In this document: positions 23,404-35,600 of the stretch, piece by piece
Numbering within the stretch: position 1 is the stretch's first letter
How the letters are laid out: each line of letters begins with the position of its first letter
From: Lama guanicoe
Lineage: Eukaryota
Direction of reading: 5' to 3'
NCBI GenBank assembly: GCA_013239625.1
Contig: MU054220.1
Coordinates: 6,680,626 to 6,744,625, forward strand
Length of the DNA stretch: 64,000 nt
Program-made: the position numbers and the translations under genes
Notes under the pieces: generated by a model
What the model saw: only the letters and a program-made list of their open reading frames with translations
Told to the model about the DNA's origin: nothing
Databases searched by the model: none

Positions 23404-26129
23404 GTGAGTACGACATTAACAGCTTTGAGAAAGGTTGTCTTGTATGTGGCTTAAGGCGCTCTGGAGGATGTAGACTGTGGATTGAGACGGTTCATGGCTG
23501 GATGCTCGGCCCGGGCAAGCTCTCACTGGTGAGTGGGGTATGCGTGTGCACCTGTGACAAGGCTTGATTTCTCCTCTAAGGATGTGCATTGCGTTTCCGC
23601 CGGGAGTGACTGTCTCTCATAACTGCTCTGCCTCTCGTAAAATTTGAAAGCCTGCTTTCTGAGCACAGCTGCATATACTACTTCTTCCACTCCCCTACTC
23701 CTGCTGAGCCACACTTACCTTCCTTTGATCTTTCTCTGTCACTTTGGCCCATCGGGCACCACATTTAATTTTATTTGCCCTCCTGAATCCGAAGTCCGCC
23801 AATTGGACAGTTCTCTCTAAACCTCTTGTCCTCTTTCTCTCCTGCCATACTCACCTTGCCAATTGGAAAGTTAGTATTTATTTAATTACTTGATTATTTT
23901 CTGTGTCTTTTTCTAGACCAAATGCTCCATGCAGGTAAGGATCGTGCATGTTTGCCGACATATCACAGGTGGTCAGCATTTCTGGGCTGCCTGACCCTGC
24001 CTGGTCCTGAGTGGCATCTGGGCCCTATGATGCTCCAGCCCTTTTCAAAATCTCAGTTCTCTGGGGGCTCAAATCTTCCCCAGATTATCTCAGTTTCAGA
24101 TAAAACAGCCTCTTGCTTTCTAGAAAAGATGAGGCTCTCTGATGTGAGCATCACTGAATTTTTCTTTAGACCTTAAAATATCTCCGTGTCTGTCCATAGT
24201 CTATTTCCTGTTTCCCAGAATAACTTCGTAAGCACATTAGATTTTAATCCTAACATTTTACATTTCTTTCTCAACTTTCTTAAATCCGTTATTCCTCCTT
24301 GATTTGCATTTTTCCATTTTTCTGGTTCCTTCCACACAGGCAAAAAAACCAACATGCTTTTTATGTTTTTTATCCTGGAGAAAATTCATGCAACTAAAAT
24401 CAAAACAAAACAAGCCTCCTTCATCTCACTAGTATCTTAGTTTTCCCCCCACTTAGCCCCTTTTACCCATTCAAACTTCTCTGCAGAACAGTCAGTGTCC
24501 TTTGCCAACTCATGGTAAATTCAACAAAAGAAGGGGCTATTTTTATTTTGCAGTACAGTGTATTTCCAGTACCGAGCACAATAGCTAAAATGGTAGGGGC
24601 TCAATAATTAAATGAGTTCATTTTAGCCACCCTTTCACTTCCCACTGTCTACCTGAGTGTGAAAATGTTGCTTCAAGCACTGCTTAAATTACTGTTACCA
24701 AAATAACTAACCACAATAACTCCTTTCTCTGTATTATTCAATCCATGACCAAGTTTCAAACACTTCCCATGTATTTTATATCATAATTTATCTTAATTAC
24801 TGTTAGCTGTATTTGCCTCATCACTTCATCAGGGCCGTGGCCCCTAGGGCTCAGGACAATTCACGTGGTATTTCCATAGCCCCGTAACTCTTAAAAAGGT
24901 GTTTATTGGTCAGTAATTACTAATGAATTGAATTAATACCTTTAACTGTTGAAGAGTCCTCCAGCATTGCTGTAACCACGTTAGTATTGCGTTTGATGAG
25001 ATATTTTGTTCCTAAAATAAAAATGGGAAAACACAATGGGATAGCCTTTTATAAACCATTTCAAATCATTAAAATAATAATTTTAGAAAGCTATGCCAAA
25101 TGAGTCATGATATATGTGCTTTGTATCTATCACCCCTTTGTATAAACAATTAGACATATCTATCCATATGTATGTTATACATACATGTACATACATATAC
25201 ATGTGAAGACCTTGGTGTAACCACTTGATAAAAGAACCAGCATTGCTTAAATTATTTCTAAGAAAATAAGATTCTCTTCCAGGTCCTTTAAATGTACCCA
25301 GTAAATGCACGCAAGAGGAGATAGAAAAACCCTAAGAAACTGTTTCAGGAACCTGAACAGAGATTTACGAATTATTCTACACTTACCTTCCTGCTGTCCT
25401 CATTTTTGCCCTTCTTAAATAGGCTCTCATTTTTCACTTCTTCCAACTGTTTGATTCACTTCTTCCTCCAACTCACATGTATTTGCAGCCTGATTTGAGT
25501 GTATTCACCCAAGGTCTGATCTTCTAAGACTTCTCTGGGACACCACGTCCTGGATGACCTGTGGACTACATGTAGTGAAACCATGGAGGAGAACTTACAG
25601 CCATAGGAAAGAGATTAGGCAAATCCAAAGTGATTACTCAGTGACTTGTCGGCCGAATAATTTACTGTTTAATTAACTTTTCTGCTTCCTGTTTAGTTGT
25701 AACTTTATATAAAGAGAAATACCTTTTTTAAGAAAATATGGTGGATTTAAGTTGCTTTCTCCCAGCAAAAAGTCTTGCGTGTGACCCTCACACAGATTTA
25801 AAATTTGAATTTTATTGCTTATGTGATGCTCACTCAGAGGACTGTTGTTTGTCATGGAGACCTCAGCAAAACCTAAATAATTCCCAAAGCTGTAACATTT
25901 AAAAAATTTAGATATGGTGTCAATTCAGGGAAACCATAAAGGTTTATTGATAATCACTTAATTTGGGAGGTCTCTCTGTCTCTAATTCAGTAACTTGGAT
26001 GACTGCATGATCTATGCCTCTTCTGTAATTATTTGGTATGTGCATTGGGCTAATTCTTGCAAACCAGTCTGTATGGGATGCGTCAGAGGCACTAACCGAG
26101 AAGGACCCCCAGTTCTATTACTTCATTCT

Positions 26130-26607
26130 CTGGGTTCCATGTAGCTGTTCAGGTGGACATCCTTTATTTGCTCCCCCTGTGTCACTCTGTGTTGGAGGCT
26201 GACCTACTATATCAATGCCTTGATCACTGGGCTCTAGGCCCCTTTTGGCCAGCAGGAAGCCCCAGCAAGAGACAATAAGAAAGGAAGAATGAGATCGAGG
26301 GGTTCATTCCGCAGGATCCTTCTCTGTAAGTTCATCTCAAGCTGGCTGGATCTGCTCAGGTCTGTGTTTTTCAAGGCTGCCTTCTGTACATGAAATATGT
26401 AGATGCCGTCTGCATAAACGGCCTTGTCTTCCACTCTCTTGTCACCGAGAGATCTTAACTCCTTTCTTCTTACTAGCTTAGAGTTCTGCATCCTGGCTTC
26501 TCTGCATCCTGGTTACCTCTTTGTAAACAGCCCCTTTTAAAATATACCGTCTTCAAATTACCTTAATCTGAGTGTGCCAGCTATTGTTTATCAGAACTCT
26601 GGTATAA
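26130..26607 (+). mobile_element. ERVL solo LTR, LTR33-like
   Basis: ctctgtgttggaggctgacct...tttggccagcaggaagccccagcaagagac...gaatgagatcgaggggttcattcc...tttgtaaacagcccctttt...cttcaaattacc...gagtgtgcca. Confidence 0.7.
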
Positions 26608-27487
26608 TGTCTCTTTTTGAGATTCTTTAATTAACATCATATTGACTACAACTTTGCAATCTGATCACTAATACTGGTGAACAGCAAACTCAGTGTAAGT
26701 ATTTAAGTAATAGGCATGAACCAAGTGTCAATACAGAAAGAGGTCCTGAGAAAATATGAGAAACTATTGCATTAGCAATGTTTGTTGTTTCCTTCTACAT
26801 TTAGATTGGCCCCTAAAATAGAATCAATAACTGAATTATTAGGAGGTGATACCATGTTGGGTGTACTTTGTCTTTTTTTGTGTGTGGATGGACAGCACCG
26901 AAGTTGTACTAGATCTGCCAGGATATGCAAGTCAAACTTTCACCAATTTAATGTTTCCTTTTAGAAGGTTAATTGACTGATGGGACCAGTAGGTGAGATC
27001 TTTTGGACCTTGACAAAGGCGTAAATTTGGTGTGAGTGGTCACATTTACAAAAGAGAAGTTTGGCTATAGTGATATTGTTGGCATTCAACAAGTCAGAGA
27101 TTTTTTCTAATGATTTGCTTTTATTATTTGTGTTTTTAAAGAGTAAATGTCTAAAAGCAACAGAATAGGATCTCTTTCATCTGAGAAAAACTCAAATGAG
27201 AAATATGCTTCTTTTATTTAATTATACAAGTTAGCCCCAAACCTTTTTTAATGTCTAGTTCAAAGGAGAGAGGCAGTTTCTGATAGTAAACTTAGTACTA
27301 TATATAATCACCCACCAGAACATTTCCACAGCATTTGAATATTTGAAATTTGGTTGCCACTTCGAAACTATCAAAGCAATTGTAGACCTGTTATGGAAAG
27401 TTTGAGAAATTGAGAAAAATAAGTTTATAACTCGAACCTAGAACTCTTATAATTTCAGTACATTAACCTCAGTTTTCTTATATAGTT

Positions 27488-27840
27488 TTGTTTTCATTGA
27501 AGTATTGTTGATTTATAATGTTGTGTTAGTTTCTGAAGTACAGCATAGTGATTAAATTATGCATATATATATATACACACACACACACACTTTTTCAATA
27601 TAGGTTATTACAAGATGTTGAATATAATTCCCTGTGCTATACAGTAGGGCCTTGTTGTTTATCTATTTTATATACAGTAGTTAGCATCTGCAAATCCTGA
27701 ACTTTAAATGTATCCCTCTCCTCTTTCCCCCAGTAATCGTAAGTTTGTTTTCTATATTGTGAGTGTGTTTATATTTTGTAAACAATTTCACTTGTGTTAT
27801 TCTTTTTAGATTTCACAGGTAAATGATACCATATAATGTT
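27488..27840 (-). mobile_element. L1 3' end (3'UTR), 5'-truncated
   Basis: ttgaagtattgttgatttataatgttgtgttagtttc...gaatataattccctgtgctatacagtagggccttgttgtttatctattttatatacag...ttagatttcacaggtaaatgataccata. Confidence 0.85.
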
Positions 27841-28311
27841 TGGAAACTATAAACAAAACAAAAAGATAATTTATATGGTTTTAATCTTAGTGCACAAACA
27901 ATATTTGCATCCATAAGCCAAGAATTTTTCCAAATTCCTACATAGTTTTATAATAATTACTTCTAGACATATTTTAAAAAAAATTCTTGCCACAGAGTGA
28001 ATGTTCAATAAATGTTACTGATTATTTAATGAAACAGATACTTAATGCAATTTTAAAGATAGATTGCTTCAATGATAATGATATTATTTGATACGCACTT
28101 AATTCCATATAGTGAATTAGCACATTTCATTAATTCTGAGATGCATGTTTTAAAAAAAAAATTTCCAACTCTAAAAATGAAGCACATTTTATTAAAGTGC
28201 AAAACAGTTTAATTTTCAGAATATTTTTCTTTTGTATGATTCGTAAAATAGCTAGGAGCCCATGATATCTTAATATTTCAATTTTGGAGATTAGATTACC
28301 AGACATTGGTG

Positions 28312-28315
<4 letters not shown>

Positions 28316-28345
<30 letters not shown>
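28316..28345. repeat. (TG)15 microsatellite
   Basis: Read directly; purine/pyrimidine alternation continues to 28359. Confidence 0.95.
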
Positions 28346-28346
<1 letters not shown>

Positions 28347-29229
28347 ATGCATGCGCACGAATGTGGCAATGAATTCTGGAAGAAAGATTATACCTCCTCA
28401 CTTAAATGCTGTCTGGAAGTCCATGAAAATTGCTACAAAAAATCCTGTAAAATTGAGACAGTGAAACAAAAAGAAACTGGTTAATTCCACTGCTTCAGTT
28501 ATAGTGTTTTTAAGAAAATATTTATACCATATTTCCCTTTTAAATCTTTAAATAATATTTGAAGTCAAGTATGTTTTGGGTCAACTTACAAAGAAAAAAC
28601 ATTTATGTTGATTTTAGGAAAAAGTATTAAAAGTAAATGAAAATATTATCCTCCCTCTGAGATAACATCTTCTTTTTGAAAATGATTGCACAGTGGCCTA
28701 ATACACATACTGCTTCTCCCAGTAATTCAGCTGAAATCAAGTTCTGGGTGGAACAGCAAAGTGAGCTAAAATATGTCAAAAAGTGCCTCTGAGTACTTCC
28801 CACTTGCAGGCAAAGACACTACTTAGTTACAACAGTAGAAATTACATTTTAATCAATATGCCCTTTGCTATTAATCCATTTTTGACTGCCAGAAGAGATT
28901 GTAATAACATGATAGGAAAATCAGCTATCTAATGAATCATTGCAAAGAAAAAAGTGTTGGAATTTGTTCATTTTTAACTCAGCATGTATAGCATTGACAT
29001 GTATACTTTGCGTTCTTGCAACTCTTGAAAGCACCTAGAATTTTTAGTGTACTCAGGATGTCTTTCGTGGCAACTTAAAAAAATCATCTGTGGTTTTCGT
29101 TGGTGACATAAATTGATCAGCCACCAGCAGGTCCACATTTTCTTACCTCTGGTAAGGACTAAATGTCTGATGATATTGTTAATGGCCAATGCCTGTTCTA
29201 ACATAGATATAAGCTAGGTTTTACTTTTA

Positions 29230-29764
29230 CCAAAATCCCCTTATTTTTGACAGAATTTATTTTATAAAGCAGCAATGCACATTCATTTTAGAAATAGCAC
29301 AGCATGCACAGAAAACATAAGGTCTTGAACACTCATGACACTCTTTTGCTAAACATAACTTTCATTATCACGGACGCACAGATGCATTCAAAGATTTTCT
29401 CTATGTACATATCTCAATTTTTAATTTATTGTAAATATTTTTTTCCTTTTAGTAAGTATGTGTGTAAATTTTTTTTTTAATTCTGTGTGGTATTTCTTTG
29501 TATCTTGATGTATTTAGCTAATACTCTGATGTTAAAGTATATTGTATCCAAAGTTATATTGCCAGGAAAGTGCCAGGATGAACATGCACATAAATTTGGG
29601 GGCTGTCCTTCAATATTTTAGTTGAATAAATTCCCCCTAAGTAAAATATTAGGGTAGCAGACACATATAATTTGAGCATTTTACATCCCAGCTGTATATC
29701 CAAATAAAGTTTTTAGCAGTATAGGAGAGTGATTCAATAATTTTTTTAATATTTACCAATCAGA
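29230..29764 (-). mobile_element. Old L1 (L1ME-like) fragment, interrupted by MLT1A
   Basis: Decayed antisense ORF2-end/3'UTR motifs (ggatgaacatgcacataaatttgg, tttagttgaataaattcccctaagtaaaat, cagcagtataggagagtg). Appears to resume after ~30120. Confidence 0.5.
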
Positions 29765-29765
29765 A

Positions 29766-30120
29766 ATCTTAGTCCATTTGGGTTGCTCTAACAAAATACC
29801 ATAGATCAGGTGGCTTAAGCAGCAAACATTTATTTCTCATGGTTCTGGAGACTGGATGTCTAAGGTCAAGGAACCAACAAATTGGGTGTCTGGTGAGCCC
29901 TCTCTCCCTGGTCCATAAATAGCCGTCCTTTCTCTGTGTCTTCATGTGGCAGAGGATGAGAGGAAGCTCTCTGGTGTCTCATAAGGATGCTAATCCCATT
30001 ATGGAGGCTTCACCCTCATGACTTAAGTACCTCCCAAAGACCGACCTCCAAATGCCATTACCTTGGGGATTGGGTTTCCACATGTGAATTAGGGTGGACA
30101 CAGACGTTCATTCTATAGCA
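29766..30120 (-). mobile_element. MaLR solo LTR, MLT1A-like
   Basis: tcttagtccatttgggttgctctaacaaaataccatagatcaggtggctta...catttatttctcatggttctggagactgg...caccctcatgact...cctcccaaag...ttctatagca; near full length. Confidence 0.9.
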
Positions 30121-30974
30121 CATGACAGTGCTCTCCTATTATTAATTTGATTTTTCTTCATCCTTAATAAGCATTAATATTTTCCATACAGTAATTTATT
30201 TATTTATTTATTTAGTTAGTTAGTTAGTTAATTGTGTACTCATGACCCCATCTGGGTTGTGTTTACTTAGGACACACAAAGAGGAAAGAACATAGTGTAG
30301 AACGTGGAGGTCACAGGGGAGAAGGAGAGACGGCATTCTCCCCAGTAAGCCTCACGCCTACTGGAAGGCAATCTCTTCCCCTGGAGACTTGTGATGAATT
30401 TGGCATTTGTACTGAATGCCAAAGCAAACATGCAATTTAGTGAAACTCCAGTCTGACTGGTTGTCGGCATTTAGGTTGATTAAAGGAAAAATAACTTAGG
30501 TTTTAACTTTCTTTTTTAAGCCACCTGTTAGCAGGTGGTATCAGCGCTGTTAACAGTGAAGGTTAGGATCTTTCTACATGAAAGTAAGAGCTTAAAGGAA
30601 ATCAGAAACATTTATCGGCTACAGTGCTTGAAGTGTTGGACTAAGAATTTACTTACCTTATGTTCTTTTTGCCAATAGACACATGATTTTTTGTTTCAGC
30701 ATCCATTTTATTCATCTTTATTTTCCCAGTGCCTAGAATAATGCCCATCATATAGTAAAAGTTCAAGAAATGCATAATTATCTCTGGTTCACAGGTAATA
30801 AAAACCAGTGGTCAGAGAAACTGAGTAATTTTTTACCTGAGTCACACAGCTCGAAAGGAAGAGTCTCAAAATTTAGCAGAAGTTTGTCCAAACCCAAACG
30901 CTTAGCTCTATGTATTTCATATGACATCATTTCCTAAGATAATATTGCTCTTGGTATACATTCTGTCTTGTTAT

Positions 30975-31480
30975 ATTCCCATTCTATTGCAAGATAGACT
31001 AGATAATGCTGTGGAACAAATAACCCAACCATCTCAATGGCTTAAAAATGCACGAGTTCCTTCTCGTGTGTTTCATGTAATGACTGCTTGTTAGCCAAGG
31101 GCTTTGCTCCTCATTGTCTTCAGTCCAGAGTCCAGGGTGAGGGAGCAGATCCTCCCTGGACCTTTCATGGTTTTCTAGGATAAGGAAAAAAGAACAAGTC
31201 TTGTCCTGGCTTGTTAATCTCCAGCCAGAAGTGATGTGATAAACCTGCTGGTATTTCGCTGGTCAAGGCAAGTCACCTAATTTCACACGTATTGTGAAAC
31301 TTCATGGGAGCTTGAGGGTGGGAAAGTGAAACTGAGTGGGCCCAGGGTAGTTGCTTACAATTTATAAGTGAGAGAGGATGACGGAAGAATCTGAGTCTGA
31401 GAAGGAGGAATGAAGATGGGACACAGGAGGGGAAAAAAAAACAACTAAATATTTGTGGACCTTCCTCTAGTCACCAGATA
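30975..31480 (-). mobile_element. Old MaLR LTR (MLT1J/K/L-like) fragment
   Basis: gatagactagataatgctgtggaacaaataacccaaccatctcaatggcttaaa...ccagaagtgatg...ttcgctggtcaaggcaagtcac. Confidence 0.55.
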
Positions 31481-31494
31481 CTCAAATAACTCTG

Positions 31495-31929
31495 TGATAG
31501 TTAATTTTATTTGTCATCTTGACTGGGCCACACTACCTAGATATTTGATCAAATGTTATTCTGGATGTTTCTGGGAAGATTATTTTTGGCTGAGATTAAC
31601 ATTTAAGTGAATAGACTCAGTAAAGCAGATTACTTTACATGATGTGAGTGGGCCATTCAACCAGTTGAAGACCTTCATCGGACAAAGACTGACCTCTCCT
31701 GAGTGAGGAGGAATTCTGCCTGCCATCTGTCTTTGGACTGGAGCTGCAAATATTCCTGACAGAGCAAGGTCTTCATTTTAAAAAGATCACGTTTGAATAG
31801 ATAAAAGATAATATCCAATGATCTCCACAAGCATTAGTCCACCTTCTAACAGGCAGCGCAATCCTCAGGCAGACAGAACACCGAGGTTAATATATATAGA
31901 GAGAAAATGTATATGGTCCAATAGGACAA

Positions 31930-31966
<37 letters not shown>

Positions 31967-31995
31967 CCTGTGGGTTTTGTTTCTCTGGGCAGATG
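31495..31995 (+). mobile_element. ERVL LTR, MLT2-like, with internal (AC)n
   Basis: tgtgatagttaattttatttgtcatcttgactgggcca...gagattaacattta...taaagcagatt...ccagttgaagacctt...ggaattctgcctgc...acacacatcctgtgggttttgtttctctgg. Confidence 0.8.
31933..31965. repeat. (AC)16 microsatellite
   Basis: Read directly. Confidence 0.95.
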
Positions 31996-32929
31996 ATAGG
32001 CCCCTCTCACAGCTGGTAGGTAATGGGAATAAACACTTCTGGAGGACTGGATATGTTCTTTGATTAGGTATAAGCGATAAGTCTGCTCTATAGGAGGCGT
32101 TCCTCTGTTCATGAATTTCCAGTTTCTGTTCTTTTGGTTTGTCCTTTTGGAATATTGTACTTTTTTCACCATCATTCTTGGTTGCATCCAAAATGTACCT
32201 TGGAAAACATGCTCTCCTAGGAGAGATGAGCAGCTTTTTCAACCCACTTTCTACCCCAAGGGCCTTTTTAAAATGTCGAGCGTAAATCTTTGTCTCAAAG
32301 GCTTAGTTGATTCCTTGCTTATCCCTGTGCTGTTAGCTACTCTAGTGGTGCTTTTTAAGGCGTGTTACTTAGCTTTTGCCATATTTCTTTGGCTTCCTCT
32401 TCTTTCTCTCTCTAGGCTGAATCATGGGCACCCAGAGCTTATGAGGTTTCAGTGAGAGAACAGCAGTCTTTGTCTCTAATTTCATAGCCACCGTGACCAA
32501 TTGAAATGAATTACAGGGCAGCTGAATCCCTACTCTGACTCCGTCGTCACTTCAGGGCTTTTAACAATGGGTGTGCTGGTCATGCTTTGATTGGATCCCT
32601 ACTTACAGCCTGAGTTTTAATGAACTTTGCCCCTGAAGGTCTTCTTGTTTCTCTTGTTTTATATTTTTATGCTGCAAACCCTTGAATTCATGGACTGTCT
32701 TTAGTCTCTATAATTACTAATTATTAGTGGGTTGATTATTTTCTGAGTTCATGTCTTTTTCTTTTTTCCTAGGGGTTTGCTAAACATAAACACAGAGAAT
32801 TAACATTCTAGGGTCTAATTTCTTCCCTAAAGATACAAGTTTATGAGTTCTATGGAATAAGGTGACATCTTCACCAAATGCTTTGCTGTTACATAAGAGA
32901 GGTTACCATCTTTTCTGTTTCCTTTAATA

Positions 32930-33231
32930 ATTTTCTCACTATTTTTGTCTGCTACGCCAAGGTCACACATTATTCAGGACTGCTGGCTGAGAAACGTTTC
33001 ATCTTTATGCTTCCATGTTTGCTGAAGGAGACAAACAGGAGCATCAGTATTGCACACTGAATATTACCTCCTCCACCCAAAAGTGACCTATGTGATTTCC
33101 CCTTACATGTTAATGGACACAACAACATACGTGGCCATAATTAACTTCAGAGGGGTAGGGATGTGCGATCCTACTACTTGCCTGCAGGAAAAACTAGACA
33201 TTCTGAGTGAACAGTACTAGTGACTGCTACA
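32930..33231 (-). mobile_element. Old MaLR LTR (MLT1K-like) fragment
   Basis: ccacccaaaagtgacctatgtgatttcc...cgtggccataattaacttcagaggggtagggatgtgcgatcctac...gtgaacagtactagtgactgctaca. Confidence 0.55.
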
Positions 33232-34052
33232 TTCTCATTCCCATCCACACTTTATTTTTGAGAAGAATGCCAGGCTATATTTTCCAAGAGGGCAACACCA
33301 TTTTTTTTATCGTATTTTTGGCTTGATAAAAATAAATAGGTACTCTGTAAACATTTGTTAAATTAAATGAACTGTCAGGAACTACCCAAAGGCACTAAAG
33401 GCTGACTGAGTTTTGGACTTTTCTTAACCAATAGCAACTTTATTCTTCCTCAGTTGCAAATATCGTCACATGAGTCCTAAACACTGATCACACAGCTCTA
33501 CAAAGATAATAGCTGGGGTTGCAGAAATAGCGTATTCAATCTTAGGACAACCATCCTCGGTAAGGAGAGCAATCAGTCATTTTTCTAGGGGACAAATATA
33601 TTCTCATTAAACAGTGTAAAATTTTCATTAAAAGGTACTCGTTATCTGTACTCCAAAAATCTGAAAACTGGAATCGTGTGGTGATGGGTTTGGGGAGGGA
33701 AGAAGGGAGAAAGAAATGAGAGGGACAGAGAAACAAAGAGGTTAATTTATTGTTCTTAAGTGTTGAATCACATATACCTTCCCTTCTCTCCCCTGAAGTA
33801 AAAATAAAATTGCTTTGCAATGTACAAAACTGGTCTGCAAAATCCCTGATAATTAAGAGAATCCCCCAACTTTGAATTTGTTGTACCAAGTGAGAAGCTG
33901 AGCCATTTGTCTTCAGGAAGCAGTGGGTTTTAGGATGTTTGTACGGAGTAGCACAGAATAGAGGATTCCAAGAATGCAGTTTCTGCTGGACCTACAACAT
34001 ACTGAACTGTATCCCCCTTAGAGCATCGGTGCTCATTTACAAAGATCCAGAT

Positions 34053-34437
34053 TGTATTCGTTTTTCATTGGTGATGTAGTAAATGAAAACAAAGTTAGTG
34101 GCTTAAAACAATCAAGTTAACGCCTTGTAATTCTATATGCTGGAAGTCTGACCACAGGTCTCCAATCCAGGTGTCAGGAGGACTGCGTCCCTTTCTGGAG
34201 GCTCTAGGGGAGGATCTGTTTCTTTGCTAATTAAAATTGAGTTCCTTGCAGTTGGAGGGCTGGGATCCCTGTTTACTTGCTGGCTGTCAGCTCAGGGTCA
34301 TTCTCAGCTCCCTGAGGCTATTCATGTTTCCTGGCTGGTGGTCTTCCCCACCTTTCAAGCCACTGATGGCAGGTCAAGTCCTTCCCACACTTTGAATCTC
34401 TCCAGCCCATACTTCTGCCTTTCTCTCCCACTTTTAG
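34053..34437 (-). mobile_element. MaLR LTR (MLT1D/E-like), left part
   Basis: tgtattcgttttt...ttagtggcttaaaacaa...ggaagtctgac...ctttctggaggctctaggggaggatctgtttc...ctctcccactttta. Confidence 0.8.
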
Positions 34438-34559
34438 TTATTTGTTTCATCTTTTTGTTGTTGTTGTTGTTATATGTCTTCTCACGTTGAGAACTTAACT
34501 GTTATGATGAACGGCTATTTTATGTACTGAAGTGATTAAGGATACATGATTTTTCTTGA

Positions 34560-34995
34560 TAAAATCTAGTTTTTAAGTTTTCTTGTTTCTATTAGGATTT
34601 TTTTTTTTCCTGTCTGGGAAATACTATCATCCTCTAAGTTTAGATAGATGCTTTTTTTGGTTTTCTTCCAGTGGTTTAGGATTTTAGCCTTTATGAATAA
34701 GTCTTTGATTTGTATGTATGGTATGAGATATGAATACTGTGTTTGTTATCATACATGTAGTACTGTGTTTTTTCCAGCATACTTTTTTGAAAGGCTTTTC
34801 TCTTCTCTATTGAATAGCCTTAACATTTTTGTCAAAAACCAATTAACTGTATACCTATGGGACTATATGTAGATTCTCTATTCTGCTCCATTGATTTATT
34901 TTTCTATCTTTATGTCAATATCTCAATCAACCATTTGATTAATATAGCTGTATAAGTTTGGAGAGCAGCTATGTGATTCCTATAACTTGGTTCTT
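34560..34995 (-). mobile_element. Older L1 ORF2 fragment nested in MLT1
   Basis: Antisense L1 ORF2 (tttttccagcatactttttgaaagg...tttgtcaaaaaccaattaactgtata...tctctattctgctccattgat). Confidence 0.75.
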
Positions 34996-35349
34996 TTGTT
35001 TTTAAATTGAAGTATAGTAGTTTACAGTGTTGTGTCAATTTCTGGTGCACAGTATAATAGTTCTGTCATACATATACGGACTTACATTTGTTTTCATATT
35101 ATTTTTCGTTATATGTTACTACAAGATGCTGAATATGGTTTCCTGTACTATACAGTATAAACTTGTTTATTTATATTATGTATAATAGTACCTGAAAATC
35201 TTGAACTCCCCATTTATCCTTTTCCACCCTCTTCCCCGCCTGGTAACCATAGGTTTGTTTTCTGTGTCTGTGAGTCTGTTTCTGTTTTGTAAATAAGTTC
35301 ATTTGGCCTTTTTTTTTTTTTTGGATTCCACATATAAGTGATATCATAT
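34996..35349 (-). mobile_element. Young L1 3' end (3'UTR)
   Basis: ttgaagtatagtagtttacagtgttgtgtcaatttctggtgcacag...ggtaaccataggtttgttttctgtgtctgtgagtctgtttctgttttgtaaataagttc...gattccacatataagtgatatcata. Confidence 0.9.
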
Positions 35350-35420
35350 CACCCTGATACCTAAGCCAGACAAAGAAACTACCAAAAAAGAAAACTCTAG
35401 GCCAATAGTGTTGATGAGCG
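35350..35420 (+). mobile_element. Short L1 ORF2 (RT N-terminus) fragment in opposite orientation
   Basis: accctgatacctaagccagacaaagaaactaccaaaaaagaaaactctaggccaata translates as TLIPKPDKETTKKENSRPI, the L1 RT N-terminal motif. Confidence 0.8.
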
Positions 35421-35600
35421 TAAGGATTCATTTAATTAGATTGGACCCGTCTGGATAATCCAAGATTATATCCTCATTTCAAGGTTTTTAACTTAAATCA
35501 TATCTGCTAAATAAATAAATAAATAAGTGAAACCCTTTTCCATATAATGTAACAAATTAGGACATGGACATTTGGGAGGTTGCATTTTTCTGCCTACCAC
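35421..35600 (-). mobile_element. MaLR LTR (MLT1D/E-like), right part
   Basis: taaggattcatttaattagattggacccgtctggataatccaagat...tcatatctgc...ggacatggacatttggg...tctgcctaccac continues the left part. Confidence 0.75.

Noticed and set aside
25387..25558. Minus-strand exon ending in AAG|GTAAGT
   Set aside because: Weak acceptor and stops in all frames; no further support.
26910..27030. Possible CR1/L3 RT remnant
   Set aside because: Resemblance too weak to call by eye.
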